A stretch of DNA of 64,000 bases from Octopus bimaculoides (Eukaryota): NCBI RefSeq assembly GCF_001194135.2, contig NC_068990.1, positions 4,915,638-4,979,637 on the forward strand, read 5' to 3'. Position numbers and translations under genes: made by a program. The notes below the pieces were generated by a model that did no database searches, was not told where the DNA came from, and was given only the letters and a program-made list of their open reading frames with translations. This document shows positions 63,766 through 64,000 of this stretch, in pieces (positions within the stretch are counted from its first letter, which is position 1; each line of letters starts with the position of its first letter).

Positions 63766-63819
63766 ATATATATATGGTGGTTGTCTACTCCTTAAACAGA
63801 GTTTGACCACCTCCTGCAC

Positions 63820-63999
63820 CTACACCTTAGCCCTTTCATGGCGTCTGATGTGGCTTTTTAAACCAGACAGTGTTTTGAAAAAACACCCACACAGATTGCA
63901 CCTCTGATTTGCACTACCAATACCTGCAAGTAAGTTCTGCTCATTGTGGATCCTAACATGTCTTTTAAGACCCCCATTGGATTTGCAAACCCTCTGGCA
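63820..63999 (-). CDS. Open frame encoding two C2H2 zinc fingers; probably the C-terminus of an RTE-type LINE ORF, continuing beyond the window
   Basis: Own translation: CQRVCKSNGGLKRHVRIHNEQNLLAGIGSANQRCNLCGCFFKTLSGLKSHIRRHERAKV*, i.e. C-x12-H-x3-H and C-x2-C-x12-H-x3-H. Missed by the ORF track because it has no start codon in the window. Confidence 0.75.
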   Translation of the reverse strand, partial: CQRVCKSNGGLKRHVRIHNEQNLLAGIGSANQRCNLCGCFFKTLSGLKSHIRRHERAKV

Positions 64000-64000
64000 C

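Overview
AT-rich, microsatellite-dense eukaryotic DNA. The SINE, RTE-tail and (TA)n/(CA)n content strongly resembles a coleoid cephalopod (Octopus-like) genome; this is inferred from remembered repeat families, not from a search. No host protein-coding gene, tRNA, rRNA or CRISPR array can be supported, and the long ORFs in the track run through five N gaps. The window is a mosaic of transposon remnants: RTE LINEs (one young family, plus BovB-like and zinc-finger-ended ones), three R4/Dong-like RLE retrotransposons stacked in an AAT/GTA microsatellite, a CR1-like LINE, Penelope-like elements, Tigger, mariner and DD37D transposons, MITEs and several tRNA-derived SINE families. Most interesting observations: (1) a Penelope-like element with inverted ends whose two decayed hammerhead ribozymes together reconstruct a complete type I hammerhead; (2) a repeated H-type pseudoknot module in RTE 3' UTRs with a compensatory base change; (3) an 87-bp near-perfect hairpin with a single A-C mismatch; (4) a ~5.4-kb highly diverged ~150-190 bp tandem array; (5) a PHD-like Cys/His finger inside an RTE reverse transcriptase; (6) an intact double C2H2 finger frame at the right edge. 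No complete novel multi-gene system was found.
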